From: an uncultured virus (IMG/VR IMGVR_UViG_3300032087_002549)
Taxonomy: Duplodnaviria > Heunggongvirae > Uroviricota > Caudoviricetes > Crassvirales
Virus record (IMG/VR): IMGVR_UViG_3300032087_002549
Strand: one strand, 5' to 3'
DNA: 64,000 bases
Within the stretch, counting starts at the first letter, position 1; each line of letters starts with the position of its first letter. The position numbers and the translations under genes were made by a program. Below, in pieces: positions 32,321-40,815 of this stretch. The notes under the pieces are model-generated. The model was not told where the DNA came from. It did not search any database and saw nothing but the letters and a program-made list of their open reading frames with translations.

Positions 32321-33350
32321 CAGACCCCCCTTTCACTAATATACCGTTCACAAAATAATTATCAATTAAAACTTTATTTATTTCGTGCACGTTTTCTGAT
32401 GAATCAAATGTTTTTGTATCTAAAGTAACTTCACCGTTTAAACCATATAATATATCACCAACTACAAGCTCATTTACTTTAACTGTAGTCCATTGATTAT
32501 TTCTTTTTACATATATAGGATGTGCACCTGTTATAACCAAGCTATTGTTTAACGTGTATATACCAGCGCAGCGCATACTTAATTTTTCACCACCTTTTAA
32601 ATCTACAATACTTTTATTTCCAGTGCTAATATTACATGATAATAAAGCGTTGCATTGCTTATCAAACCAATTACTAGTTGAATCATTACTAATACTATAG
32701 TTAGTACCTTTTAACACACCAAAACCAGTTCCTCTATTAAACGTTTTAACGGGCACGTGATATACATTTCTATTATAATATTGATTTTCAGGTGGAGATA
32801 TAGCTACATCGTGAAACACTACATCATCCCAGTAAAACTTCATCCACTCATCTGTTGTTTCACCACTCCAGTTCCACCATGTTATCTTAGCTCCGTCTTT
32901 CGCTTTTTGTTTTACAAAATATCTAAAATAAGGGTGTAAATCAGGATCAGCATACGTATCCATTAGTATCGCATCATAACCTTTACGCTCATTAAGCAAA
33001 CTCATCCATTTATCTTCAACAATTATTACATTAGGTTTATCTGCAGCCCATGCTTTTAACTTGGGTATTATTTGCGGATGTGTTTCACATATTGTGTGAG
33101 TACCTGGATTTCTAGATTGTATAGCGTCTGATAATATACCCATACCAAAACCACACTCTAAAACATCATCTCCAGCTTTAACGCATACCTCGGCTTTCTT
33201 TTGCATTATTGGTATTTCCCAGTCCATCATAACCTCCCATGTTTCATTAGTAACAGGGTTGGTCCAGACTATATCTCCATTTTCACGAAAAGTTAAATCA
33301 GCTGCATGATAGTTTATTTGCGTACCCGATGTTTTAGATGGTATATTCAT
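32313..33350 (-). CDS. RMT2/GAMT-like SAM methyltransferase fused to a degenerate Hint domain
   Basis: VMMDWEIPIM, VLECGFGMGI, HTICETHP and ILMDTY (GAMT/Rmt2 pattern). C-terminal ITGAHP, ELVVGD and NYFVNGILV (Hint pattern). Confidence 0.7.
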   Translation of the reverse strand: MNIPSKTSGTQINYHAADLTFRENGDIVWTNPVTNETWEVMMDWEIPIMQKKAEVCVKAGDDVLECGFGMGILSDAIQSRNPGTHTICETHPQIIPKLKAWAADKPNVIIVEDKWMSLLNERKGYDAILMDTYADPDLHPYFRYFVKQKAKDGAKITWWNWSGETTDEWMKFYWDDVVFHDVAISPPENQYYNRNVYHVPVKTFNRGTGFGVLKGTNYSISNDSTSNWFDKQCNALLSCNISTGNKSIVDLKGGEKLSMRCAGIYTLNNSLVITGAHPIYVKRNNQWTTVKVNELVVGDILYGLNGEVTLDTKTFDSSENVHEINKVLIDNYFVNGILVKGGSDA

Positions 33351-33361
33351 ACTATTTAATT

Positions 33362-36109
33362 TTATCTACAACCTCTAGCACAGCCGCCGCCAGATGCTGT
33401 AAATGTTGATCTAGATGTGTTATAAAAAGTTGTTGTATTATGGTACGTAATTGTAAGCGTACTAGTGTTATACGTAGTTGTTGTATTATATACAGTGTAC
33501 CATTGTGTAGTTTTACTTGTGCTAACCGTAGTCGTTCTACTTGTTGAAAATACAGTCGTCGTACTTGTGTTAAAGGTTGTTGTAGTTGACGTAGATTTAC
33601 TTGTTGAAGTACTTTTAGTAGTATTTTGTAATAAAGTAGATCTAGATGTACTAACTGCTGTAGTTTTACTAGTGTTAAACGTAGTAGTTGTTGATGTCAA
33701 GTAAGGTAATTGATTAGGTGTCCAGCCATAAACATGCGTTGTTGATGCGTTGTTTTTAGCGACTAATAGAACACCTTCACTAAATAAATTACTTGGTCCA
33801 TCATTCTGTGGAGTTACATCATATTCAAATCTTTGTTCACCAGAAGTATTAACATAAGAACCACCTGTTATTCTAAAAGCTCGATGCGCTACTTGAGCTC
33901 CTCCAACTAAATTTCTTAATACTATTTTACCATTTGTACTCAACATTTGATTTAAAGCATAATACCAGTCATGACCGAGCCTATCAGATCTAGATATATA
34001 TATTTTAGTAGCATTAGCAAAATTAGTATTATCAAGTCTAACACGTCCAGGAGCTGTACCGCTAGCAGTTGTAGTGTTATCATAAATCCACTCAGCACCA
34101 TCATTTGAAGCAGCATCTGATAAATCTCCCCACAATATATATCTAATAGCTGTAGCTGTACTTGTAACAAAAGTAGTATTTGTGTTAAAAGTAGTAGTAG
34201 TAGACCTTGACGTTGATGTTGATCTAGTAGTCGCTGTACTGGTGTTAAATACAGTGGTTGTATTAGTTGACCTAGTAGTTAACGTATTAAATACAGTAGT
34301 AGTACTAGTGTTATATGCTGTAGTTGTTAAAGTAGCTGTACTAGTATTATACTCAGTTGTTGTTGATCTTGACGTAGAAGTATTTCTAGACGTTGACGTT
34401 GTTCTTGACGTTGATGTTGCTCTTGCCTCTACCGTTGTAGTACTTGTATTATAAGCGGTTGTTGTACCAAAAGTTGTTAATGTTGAAGTACTATATGTTG
34501 TTGTTGTGGACCTACTAGTATTATATGTTGTGGTTGTAGCGTAAACAGTGTTTGTAGTAGTATTAAATGTAGTTGTAGTTGATCTACTAGTACTAACTGT
34601 AGTATTTCTAGATGTTGCTGTTGTTTTAGTTGTATTAAAAGTAGTTGTAGTACTTTTAGTAGTATTATACGCAGTTGTTGTGTTAAACGTAGTAGTGGTA
34701 CTGGTATTAAATACCGTTGTCGTGCTCTTACTTGTGTTAAAAGTTGTAGTTGTACTTTTAGATGTTGATACCGTTGTGTTTTTACTAGTGTTAAACGTTG
34801 TTGTGGTACTAGTGTTAAACGTCGTAACTGTATTTTTACTCGTAAGAAAAGTTGTAGTTGTATTTTTAGACGTACTAAACGTTGTATTAGTTGATTTACT
34901 AGTTGACACGGTGGTAGTTCTACTTGTGTTATACGTAGTTGTAGTACTTGTGTTAAATGTAGTAGTGGTCGACCTACTTGTAGGAAAAGTTGTAGTAGTA
35001 GACCTTGACGTACTTACCGTTGTGTTTCTAGTTGTGTTAAATGTTGTTGTAGTAGATGTGTTAAATGTCGTTGTAGTACTCCTTGAAGTAGGAAAGGTTG
35101 TAGTTGTGCTTTTACTAGTACTTACAGTAGTTGTTCTAGACGTATTAAAAGTGGTTGTCGTAGATGTATTGAAAGTTGTGGTAGTACTTTTAGACGTGTT
35201 AAAAGTCGTAGTTGTAGATCTACTAGTTGATACAGTCGTAGTTCTTGATGTATTAAATGTGGTAGTAGTACTTGTATTAAATACTGTCGTAGTGCTTTTA
35301 CTTGTGTTAAAAGTCGTTGTAGTTGATCTACTAGTTGATACGGTTGTAGTCCTTGATGTGTTAAAAGTCGTAGTTGTACTCGTGTTAAATACTGTTGTAG
35401 TACTTTTGCTTGTTTCAAATGTTGTTGTAGTTGATCTACTGGTTGATATTGTTGTAGTTCTTGCAGTGTTGAATGTAGTGGTTGTACTAGTATTGAACGT
35501 AGTAGTAGTACTTTTAGATGTGTTGAAAGTCGTAGTAGTATTTTTACTAGTTTCATACGTAGTTGTAGTGTTTCTACTTGTAGAAACAGTAGTAGTACGA
35601 CTTGTGTTAAAAGTAGTAGTAGTGCTTGTATTAAAAACAGTAGTAGTAGATTTACTAGTTTCAAAAGTAGTTGTAGTACTTTTTGAAGTTTCAAAAGTAG
35701 TCGTTGTAGACCTGCTAGTCGATACAGCTGTCGATCTAGACGTTTCAAATGTTGTAGTTGTACTAGTATTGAAAACAGTCGTGGTTGACTTACTAGTATT
35801 AAAAGTAGTAGTGGTAGATGTGCTAGTATTAAATACAGTACTAGTTGCTCTACTTGTAGACACAGTGGTGTTTCTACTTGTTTCAAAGGTTGTAGTTGTA
35901 GAAGTATTAAATACAGTGCTAGTACTCTTGCTAGTTTCAAACGTAGTAGTAGTATTAGTACTTGTATTGAAAGTAGTTGTAGTGTTCTTACTTGTATTAA
36001 AAGTAGTAGTTGTGGATTTGCTAGTAGCCGTCGATTTAGAAGTACTAACTGTTGTGCTTCTGCTAGTCGCGGTATTCCAGAAATCTATTTTATTCCATAA
36101 CCACTTCAT
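33362..36109 (-). CDS. Thr/Ser-rich tandem-repeat fibre protein with a globular insert (915 aa)
   Basis: Same repeat grammar as the 771-aa protein. Non-repetitive insert at about 33700-34145 (PGRVRLDNTNFANATKIYIS) resembles phage fibre domains. Ends GGGCARGCR. Confidence 0.8.
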   Translation of the reverse strand: MKWLWNKIDFWNTATSRSTTVSTSKSTATSKSTTTTFNTSKNTTTTFNTSTNTTTTFETSKSTSTVFNTSTTTTFETSRNTTVSTSRATSTVFNTSTSTTTTFNTSKSTTTVFNTSTTTTFETSRSTAVSTSRSTTTTFETSKSTTTTFETSKSTTTVFNTSTTTTFNTSRTTTVSTSRNTTTTYETSKNTTTTFNTSKSTTTTFNTSTTTTFNTARTTTISTSRSTTTTFETSKSTTTVFNTSTTTTFNTSRTTTVSTSRSTTTTFNTSKSTTTVFNTSTTTTFNTSRTTTVSTSRSTTTTFNTSKSTTTTFNTSTTTTFNTSRTTTVSTSKSTTTTFPTSRSTTTTFNTSTTTTFNTTRNTTVSTSRSTTTTFPTSRSTTTTFNTSTTTTYNTSRTTTVSTSKSTNTTFSTSKNTTTTFLTSKNTVTTFNTSTTTTFNTSKNTTVSTSKSTTTTFNTSKSTTTVFNTSTTTTFNTTTAYNTTKSTTTTFNTTKTTATSRNTTVSTSRSTTTTFNTTTNTVYATTTTYNTSRSTTTTYSTSTLTTFGTTTAYNTSTTTVEARATSTSRTTSTSRNTSTSRSTTTEYNTSTATLTTTAYNTSTTTVFNTLTTRSTNTTTVFNTSTATTRSTSTSRSTTTTFNTNTTFVTSTATAIRYILWGDLSDAASNDGAEWIYDNTTTASGTAPGRVRLDNTNFANATKIYISRSDRLGHDWYYALNQMLSTNGKIVLRNLVGGAQVAHRAFRITGGSYVNTSGEQRFEYDVTPQNDGPSNLFSEGVLLVAKNNASTTHVYGWTPNQLPYLTSTTTTFNTSKTTAVSTSRSTLLQNTTKSTSTSKSTSTTTTFNTSTTTVFSTSRTTTVSTSKTTQWYTVYNTTTTYNTSTLTITYHNTTTFYNTSRSTFTASGGGCARGCR

Positions 36110-36120
36110 TAAATTATATT

Positions 36121-36537
36121 TTATTGAGGATAACTACCAAAGTCTCCTACATAGTTTATTAATACTTTATCTGATGCTGCAATAAAATAAGTTAATACAG
36201 CTATTTTGTTTGCCGTTGTGTCAAATGATATAGCTACACCACCAGGTGTATAAGCAGTAGCAGGTAAAGCCGCCCAACCTAAAGATCCTACGCTTGCAGG
36301 ATTAGTTATAACTATAGTACCTGATTTACCAATGAGACTTGAGCTTAAACCACCAAAAGCTATTGTATTAGTAGCGTTTTGAGCGGTTATTGTAAAATTG
36401 TTTGTTGGAAGGGCAAAGTTGACAGTATGCGTATTTGACGAGTGATTAATGTCTGTGAAGCTCGAGCCTTGAAATTTAAAGTCACTAGCATCTAATGTGC
36501 CGTTCACGTTTGTATCTTGCAAAAACTGTAATGCCAT
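36121..36537 (-). CDS. Tail-fibre-associated small beta protein
   Basis: 138 aa. GKSGTIVIT...AVLTYF pattern of fibre C-terminal domains. Confidence 0.45.
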   Translation of the reverse strand: MALQFLQDTNVNGTLDASDFKFQGSSFTDINHSSNTHTVNFALPTNNFTITAQNATNTIAFGGLSSSLIGKSGTIVITNPASVGSLGWAALPATAYTPGGVAISFDTTANKIAVLTYFIAASDKVLINYVGDFGSYPQ

Positions 36538-36555
36538 ATATTTTATTTAAAATAA

Positions 36556-36583
36556 TACAGACGGCACCGAGGCACCGTCTATA
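36556..36583 (-). terminator. Probable terminator hairpin after tail fibre gene
   Basis: AGACGGTGC-CTCG-GTGCCGTCT followed by GTATTATTTT on the minus strand. Confidence 0.55.
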
Positions 36584-36599
36584 TTTAGTTAATTATTTA

Positions 36600-38429
36600 T
36601 TATGATGATGGATACGTGATATTTGATCCAGCAGCAATATTGTCTCCAATTACTTCCTGAATAACAACAATAATGTCGTTACTAGGTTGATGAGAGAAAA
36701 CAACTTGTATTTGATTAACACTAAGTCTATCAACATCTGCAAAAACATCTAAAAACGTAACGCTATCGTACAGTTTAATAATTAAGTTAGTTGAGTTCAT
36801 ACCGTGAGTAATGCTACATTTATTCACATTACTTGTTAATGAACTAACATCTATTGTTGCAGTTTTTTGTACAACCTTAATTCTGTTATCAATAACTGTA
36901 TCAAGTGCTGTTCCATTAACAGTAATCGCGTCAGCTTCTAATGTTCCATCAATATCTGCATTACCAGAAACATCTAATGAACCAGCATCTAATTCTCCAG
37001 TTAATATTAAAGTATCTGCACTAGCATCCCAAAGCAAATACTTTGAAGCAGTGTCACCAAAAAACTTAACATCATAACCAGTGTCGTCAACACCAACGCT
37101 TAATGTACCGTCTATTTGAACGTTACCATCAATATCAACAGCATCAAGATTTGTTGTTCCGTTAACATCAATATCACCCTCAATATCTAAAGAGTTAAAC
37201 GCTACATCTGAAGTTGTAGTTAAGCCTTGATTTAAAGCACCTACATAAGCCCATTGTGCGTTACTAATTGTTACTGAGTTTATGTTTTCTAATTGAGCAC
37301 CTTCAACAGCTGTTAAATTACTAAGTTCAGTTACTTGAGATATTGCAATTGTTTTGTTAGTAAGTGTAGCAGTATTATCTTCTAAAACTACAGTACCTGT
37401 TGCGTCTGGTAAGTTAATTGCTCTATCTGCAGTTGGATCAATAACATCTAAAGTTGTTTCAAAATCATTAGCTGTAGAACCTTCAAATATAACACCTGAA
37501 GATGTTTCAATAACATTTACATTATTTACTGTTTGAGTACCAGTTACTGTTAAATTAGCAACACTTAATGATCCTGAGCTAGGATTATATGTAAGAGCTC
37601 CAGTGTCATCTAATAATTTTCCTGCATTTGACTCATCATGAAATACAAGTGGAAAAGCTGTATTAGCATTACTATCTGTTACTGTAACTAATGATGATGT
37701 ACCTGTTACATTTCCAGTTATATCACCAGCGAAAGCAGTTGCTGTTAATAATCCTGAACTAGAATTAAATGTTAAATTAGTACCAGACTTAGGAGCTAAG
37801 TCACCAGTTGCTGCAGTAACAAATAATGGGAAGCATGTAGTATCTGTAGACTCATCTGCAACCGTTACCGTTGTAGCAATAGCAGCTGTACCTGTTGTAT
37901 CTTGGTTAAGCGTGTCAACCGCGATTACACTATTAGTAGCTGTTAAACCAGATCCCGCAAACAAAGTTGCAAGAGCTGCGACTGTAGTTAACTGTTCTGT
38001 AGATCCATCAGAATCTAAAGTTAAAAGTTTATCACCGTTTGCTGGTGTTACATCTGATAATCCATTTGCTAAATCTAATTGAAATGTAAGATCATAAGGA
38101 TCAGCATCTGTACCATTTGATGTATTTGTCCAGTCTATTTGTAAACCTTGTCCATCTATAAATTTAATTTCTTTTGCGTCTGCGATTGATACTTCAGTTC
38201 CATCGCCGTCTTCTAAAACCCAAGAACTCATTGTTCCTGACGCCGTTCCTAATGTCTGCCATGCAGAGCCATCGTAAAATTTTAAAACGTTGGAGTCGAA
38301 GATCAGCTTACCATCAACATCTCCGGCATCGCCAGTAGTAGAGTGATCTACGACAAAATCGTTTAATTTGTAATTGTTAAGGTTTATATTACCCTTAACA
38401 TTTAAATGATTTAAAATTGGTATTGCCAT
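36600..38429 (-). CDS. Tail fibre protein
   Basis: 609 aa, Thr/Asp/Gly-rich beta repeats (LTFNSSSGLL/LTYNPSSGSL, LDVSGNADIDGTL, PTADRAINLPD). Confidence 0.7.
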   Translation of the reverse strand: MAIPILNHLNVKGNINLNNYKLNDFVVDHSTTGDAGDVDGKLIFDSNVLKFYDGSAWQTLGTASGTMSSWVLEDGDGTEVSIADAKEIKFIDGQGLQIDWTNTSNGTDADPYDLTFQLDLANGLSDVTPANGDKLLTLDSDGSTEQLTTVAALATLFAGSGLTATNSVIAVDTLNQDTTGTAAIATTVTVADESTDTTCFPLFVTAATGDLAPKSGTNLTFNSSSGLLTATAFAGDITGNVTGTSSLVTVTDSNANTAFPLVFHDESNAGKLLDDTGALTYNPSSGSLSVANLTVTGTQTVNNVNVIETSSGVIFEGSTANDFETTLDVIDPTADRAINLPDATGTVVLEDNTATLTNKTIAISQVTELSNLTAVEGAQLENINSVTISNAQWAYVGALNQGLTTTSDVAFNSLDIEGDIDVNGTTNLDAVDIDGNVQIDGTLSVGVDDTGYDVKFFGDTASKYLLWDASADTLILTGELDAGSLDVSGNADIDGTLEADAITVNGTALDTVIDNRIKVVQKTATIDVSSLTSNVNKCSITHGMNSTNLIIKLYDSVTFLDVFADVDRLSVNQIQVVFSHQPSNDIIVVIQEVIGDNIAAGSNITYPSS

Positions 38430-38444
38430 AGTTGTTTATTATTT

Positions 38445-38792
38445 TTATTTAGTTAAATATGCAAAGCCAGAATAACTAGCTGCAAAAAAAATCTTTAATG
38501 TGTTTTTGTCAATGTATTTGACTTGTCCAAACGCTGAAATATTTACATGTGTTCCATCATCTAGATTAACAGTAACGCTTGGTAAATAACTACTTAACTC
38601 AAAGTTATGTACTATTGTCCACTCATTACTATCTGTGTTTTGGTGGTGCTTGTGACTAGATCCTTGCTCTACAACAAAGTTAGAAACTTGCTGCATAGAG
38701 TAATTTCTAGTAGCGCCAGAAGAGTCTGATCCTAAAAGTTTGTCTCCAGCTGTTACAGCTTGGTCCTGTGGTAAATTTGAAATTTTAGGCAT
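38445..38792 (-). CDS. Small structural/fibre-associated protein
   Basis: 115 aa. W.I.HN...PSVTV...G.AYL pattern. Confidence 0.5.
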   Translation of the reverse strand: MPKISNLPQDQAVTAGDKLLGSDSSGATRNYSMQQVSNFVVEQGSSHKHHQNTDSNEWTIVHNFELSSYLPSVTVNLDDGTHVNISAFGQVKYIDKNTLKIFFAASYSGFAYLTK

Positions 38793-38793
38793 A

Positions 38794-39192
38794 CTACTTG
38801 TTTCTTATTTTTTCTATACTACGTCCACCGAAATAGGATCCGATGACGGTGATTAAAATTATTTGAAGTAGATCTGTCCACTTTTCTTCTACGTTAAATG
38901 TTAAAGATCCACTGTCTATAAATACCATGAGCACGGTCGCCACTATTAGGAATATAAGAACGAGAGGGCGAACTGAACGCGTTAACCAGTTGCCGTGCTC
39001 TAAATCTGCTTTCCACCTTTCGGTGACATTTTTTTGCATAGCTGCCTCAGCATCTATCATTATTTGAGTCATTTGTTTTTCAAACTCTGCTTTCTCGTCT
39101 TTTGTTCTAATAAATCTATCAGCAACACCTGCTAATTTATCTACTACACTACCTCCGGCATTACCAAATATTTTTGCCAATATCTTACTCAT
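38794..39192 (-). CDS. Holin (3TM/GTA-holin-like)
   Basis: Coiled coil, WLTRSVRP, two hydrophobic helices and a YFGGRS.EK C-terminus. Confidence 0.7.
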   Translation of the reverse strand: MSKILAKIFGNAGGSVVDKLAGVADRFIRTKDEKAEFEKQMTQIMIDAEAAMQKNVTERWKADLEHGNWLTRSVRPLVLIFLIVATVLMVFIDSGSLTFNVEEKWTDLLQIILITVIGSYFGGRSIEKIRNK

Positions 39193-39219
39193 TACTGAAT
39201 ATTTCTATAATGGTTTATT

Positions 39220-39699
39220 TTACTTGTTATATTTTTTAGGACTCATCATGTTTTGATAATCCGGATCATTTTTATCACCTTCTGCTCTATAAGCTTTGTC
39301 TGCTTTTTTAGCTAAGCCTACTGCTTTACCAAGTTGATTTCTAAAATTCATTGGATGCTGAGCTTTAGGATACATCTTTGGATCATATCCGTCTTTTCTA
39401 GCTTTTACAACGTCAGCTTGTGTAATACCTGGCCCAGTTCCTTTTTGATCTTCAAATTTCATTGGGTGCATGCTAAAAGCTGCGTATTTTTGAACTTCTG
39501 ATCCTCTGAAGTTTCCTGGGTTAACTTCACTGTGTTTACCAGGGTGCATTTTGTAAGGTCCTCTAAGTGCAGGTCTAGATGTTTTACCATCAGCGGCATC
39601 TACTTTGTCTAGTATAGCGTTTCTTCTAGCTAATGCTTTTTTTGAAGGATCTATTTTGCTTTCATCTAGTTTTTGTCCTTTTGCTTTATTATTTGGCAT
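39220..39699 (-). CDS. Basic low-complexity hypothetical protein
   Basis: 159 aa, Lys/Pro/Met-rich with recurring MHP/HPM motifs. Confidence 0.5.
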   Translation of the reverse strand: MPNNKAKGQKLDESKIDPSKKALARRNAILDKVDAADGKTSRPALRGPYKMHPGKHSEVNPGNFRGSEVQKYAAFSMHPMKFEDQKGTGPGITQADVVKARKDGYDPKMYPKAQHPMNFRNQLGKAVGLAKKADKAYRAEGDKNDPDYQNMMSPKKYNK

Positions 39700-39718
39700 A
39701 ATTTTTTATTTTAAATTG

Positions 39719-40159
39719 TTATCGATCTATATCTTTAACCATATCATCGATAGCTTTATTAAATACTTTATCGGTATATGATTTGTTATTAAAAAATATA
39801 CTTCGCTCACTAGTTGGCAAGTCTTCCTCACCCAATAGTATACGGTATATTCTGCTTATTAATTGCGAACATTTAAATGAAGTTTTAAAAATAGAAAATT
39901 TAATTGAAGTGCGGTTGCGATGTCTCCATACTTCGATCCAGCCTTGTGAGCGTAATCGTTCCCATCGCTGTTTATCCCATGACATTGTATATGCGCCATC
40001 GATAAACTCTTGTCGTGTAAATCTGTCTTTACAATCTAAATATATCAAAAGTTCAAGGTCTGCGTCTGTTAAACCGTAAGTTTTACAGGCCCATTTTCTA
40101 ACGAGCCTGTAATACTTGAACAGTTTGAGTTCACGCAAATCTTGTGCGTCTAATCTCAT
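39719..40159 (-). CDS. Hypothetical protein, possible winged-helix
   Basis: 146 aa. LTDADLELLIYL...RLRSQGWI pattern. Confidence 0.5.
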   Translation of the reverse strand: MRLDAQDLRELKLFKYYRLVRKWACKTYGLTDADLELLIYLDCKDRFTRQEFIDGAYTMSWDKQRWERLRSQGWIEVWRHRNRTSIKFSIFKTSFKCSQLISRIYRILLGEEDLPTSERSIFFNNKSYTDKVFNKAIDDMVKDIDR

Positions 40160-40164
40160 TACTA

Positions 40165-40494
40165 CTATGTAGCGTAAGTAATTGAATCAACAGCTGTAAT
40201 TCCAGAACCTGCTAAGTAAACAGAATTCTCATCGTCAGCTAAGACCAAAAACTTATCACTATACGCGTCGCAGATAGCATTTACTACAGCTTTAAGTGCA
40301 GCTTTTTCGTCAGCTCCACAAGATAAAACGATATGATCGTTAGTATCTCCTGTAGCAACAGCATCACCAATTCTCTGTGGAGAGAAATATAAATGTAGCT
40401 TGCCTGCAGCAGTATCAATACCTTTAATAGCTTCTACTGGATAAGCAGTAGCATCATCAGCAGCGTTTGCAATGTAAATAAACTTTTTTACCAT
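40165..40494 (-). CDS. Hypothetical protein
   Basis: 109-aa Ala/Asp-rich ORF. Confidence 0.55.
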   Translation of the reverse strand: MVKKFIYIANAADDATAYPVEAIKGIDTAAGKLHLYFSPQRIGDAVATGDTNDHIVLSCGADEKAALKAVVNAICDAYSDKFLVLADDENSVYLAGSGITAVDSITYAT

Positions 40495-40557
40495 TTTGAT
40501 AGATTTTAAGGGTTAAACAATAATTTCAGCACGACTTTATTAAATTGTAATTGTTAA

Positions 40558-40815
40558 CTATTCAACGATCACTACATCTCCGTGCTTTATTACATAGAAG
40601 TAGCTACTGTTAAATTCGATTCCGTGTCCAGCGTTTTTATCATACCATACTATATCATTTTCTTTGATACCGTTGATCTGATCACCAACACTGACCACTT
40701 TGCCTTTTAAAAACCTAACATCATCAGCTTGTGACTCAGTTAGTATCAAACCATTATTAGGTTTAGGCTTTTCTTTTATTTTATCTACTACTAAAAAACT
40801 ATTGATCGCTTTCAT
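40558..40815 (-). CDS. groES: Co-chaperonin GroES
   Basis: 85 aa. GLIL...GKVVSVG...IKENDIVWY, adjacent to GroEL. Confidence 0.8.
   Translation of the reverse strand: MKAINSFLVVDKIKEKPKPNNGLILTESQADDVRFLKGKVVSVGDQINGIKENDIVWYDKNAGHGIEFNSSYFYVIKHGDVVIVE

Noticed and set aside
32313..32720. Active intein
   Set aside because: Lacks the N-terminal Cys/Ser and the C-terminal His-Asn, and there is no real C-extein.
30005..36109. Repetitive DNA as a CRISPR array, satellite or DGR
   Set aside because: No identical repeats with unique spacers. Variation is at synonymous positions, and no cas or reverse transcriptase gene is seen in the window.
30032..36185. Long Val/Leu-rich plus-strand ORFs (e.g. 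545 aa at 34548) and alternate-frame ORFs
   Set aside because: Antisense or frame shadows of ACN-rich Thr repeats. The surrounding operon is on the minus strand.
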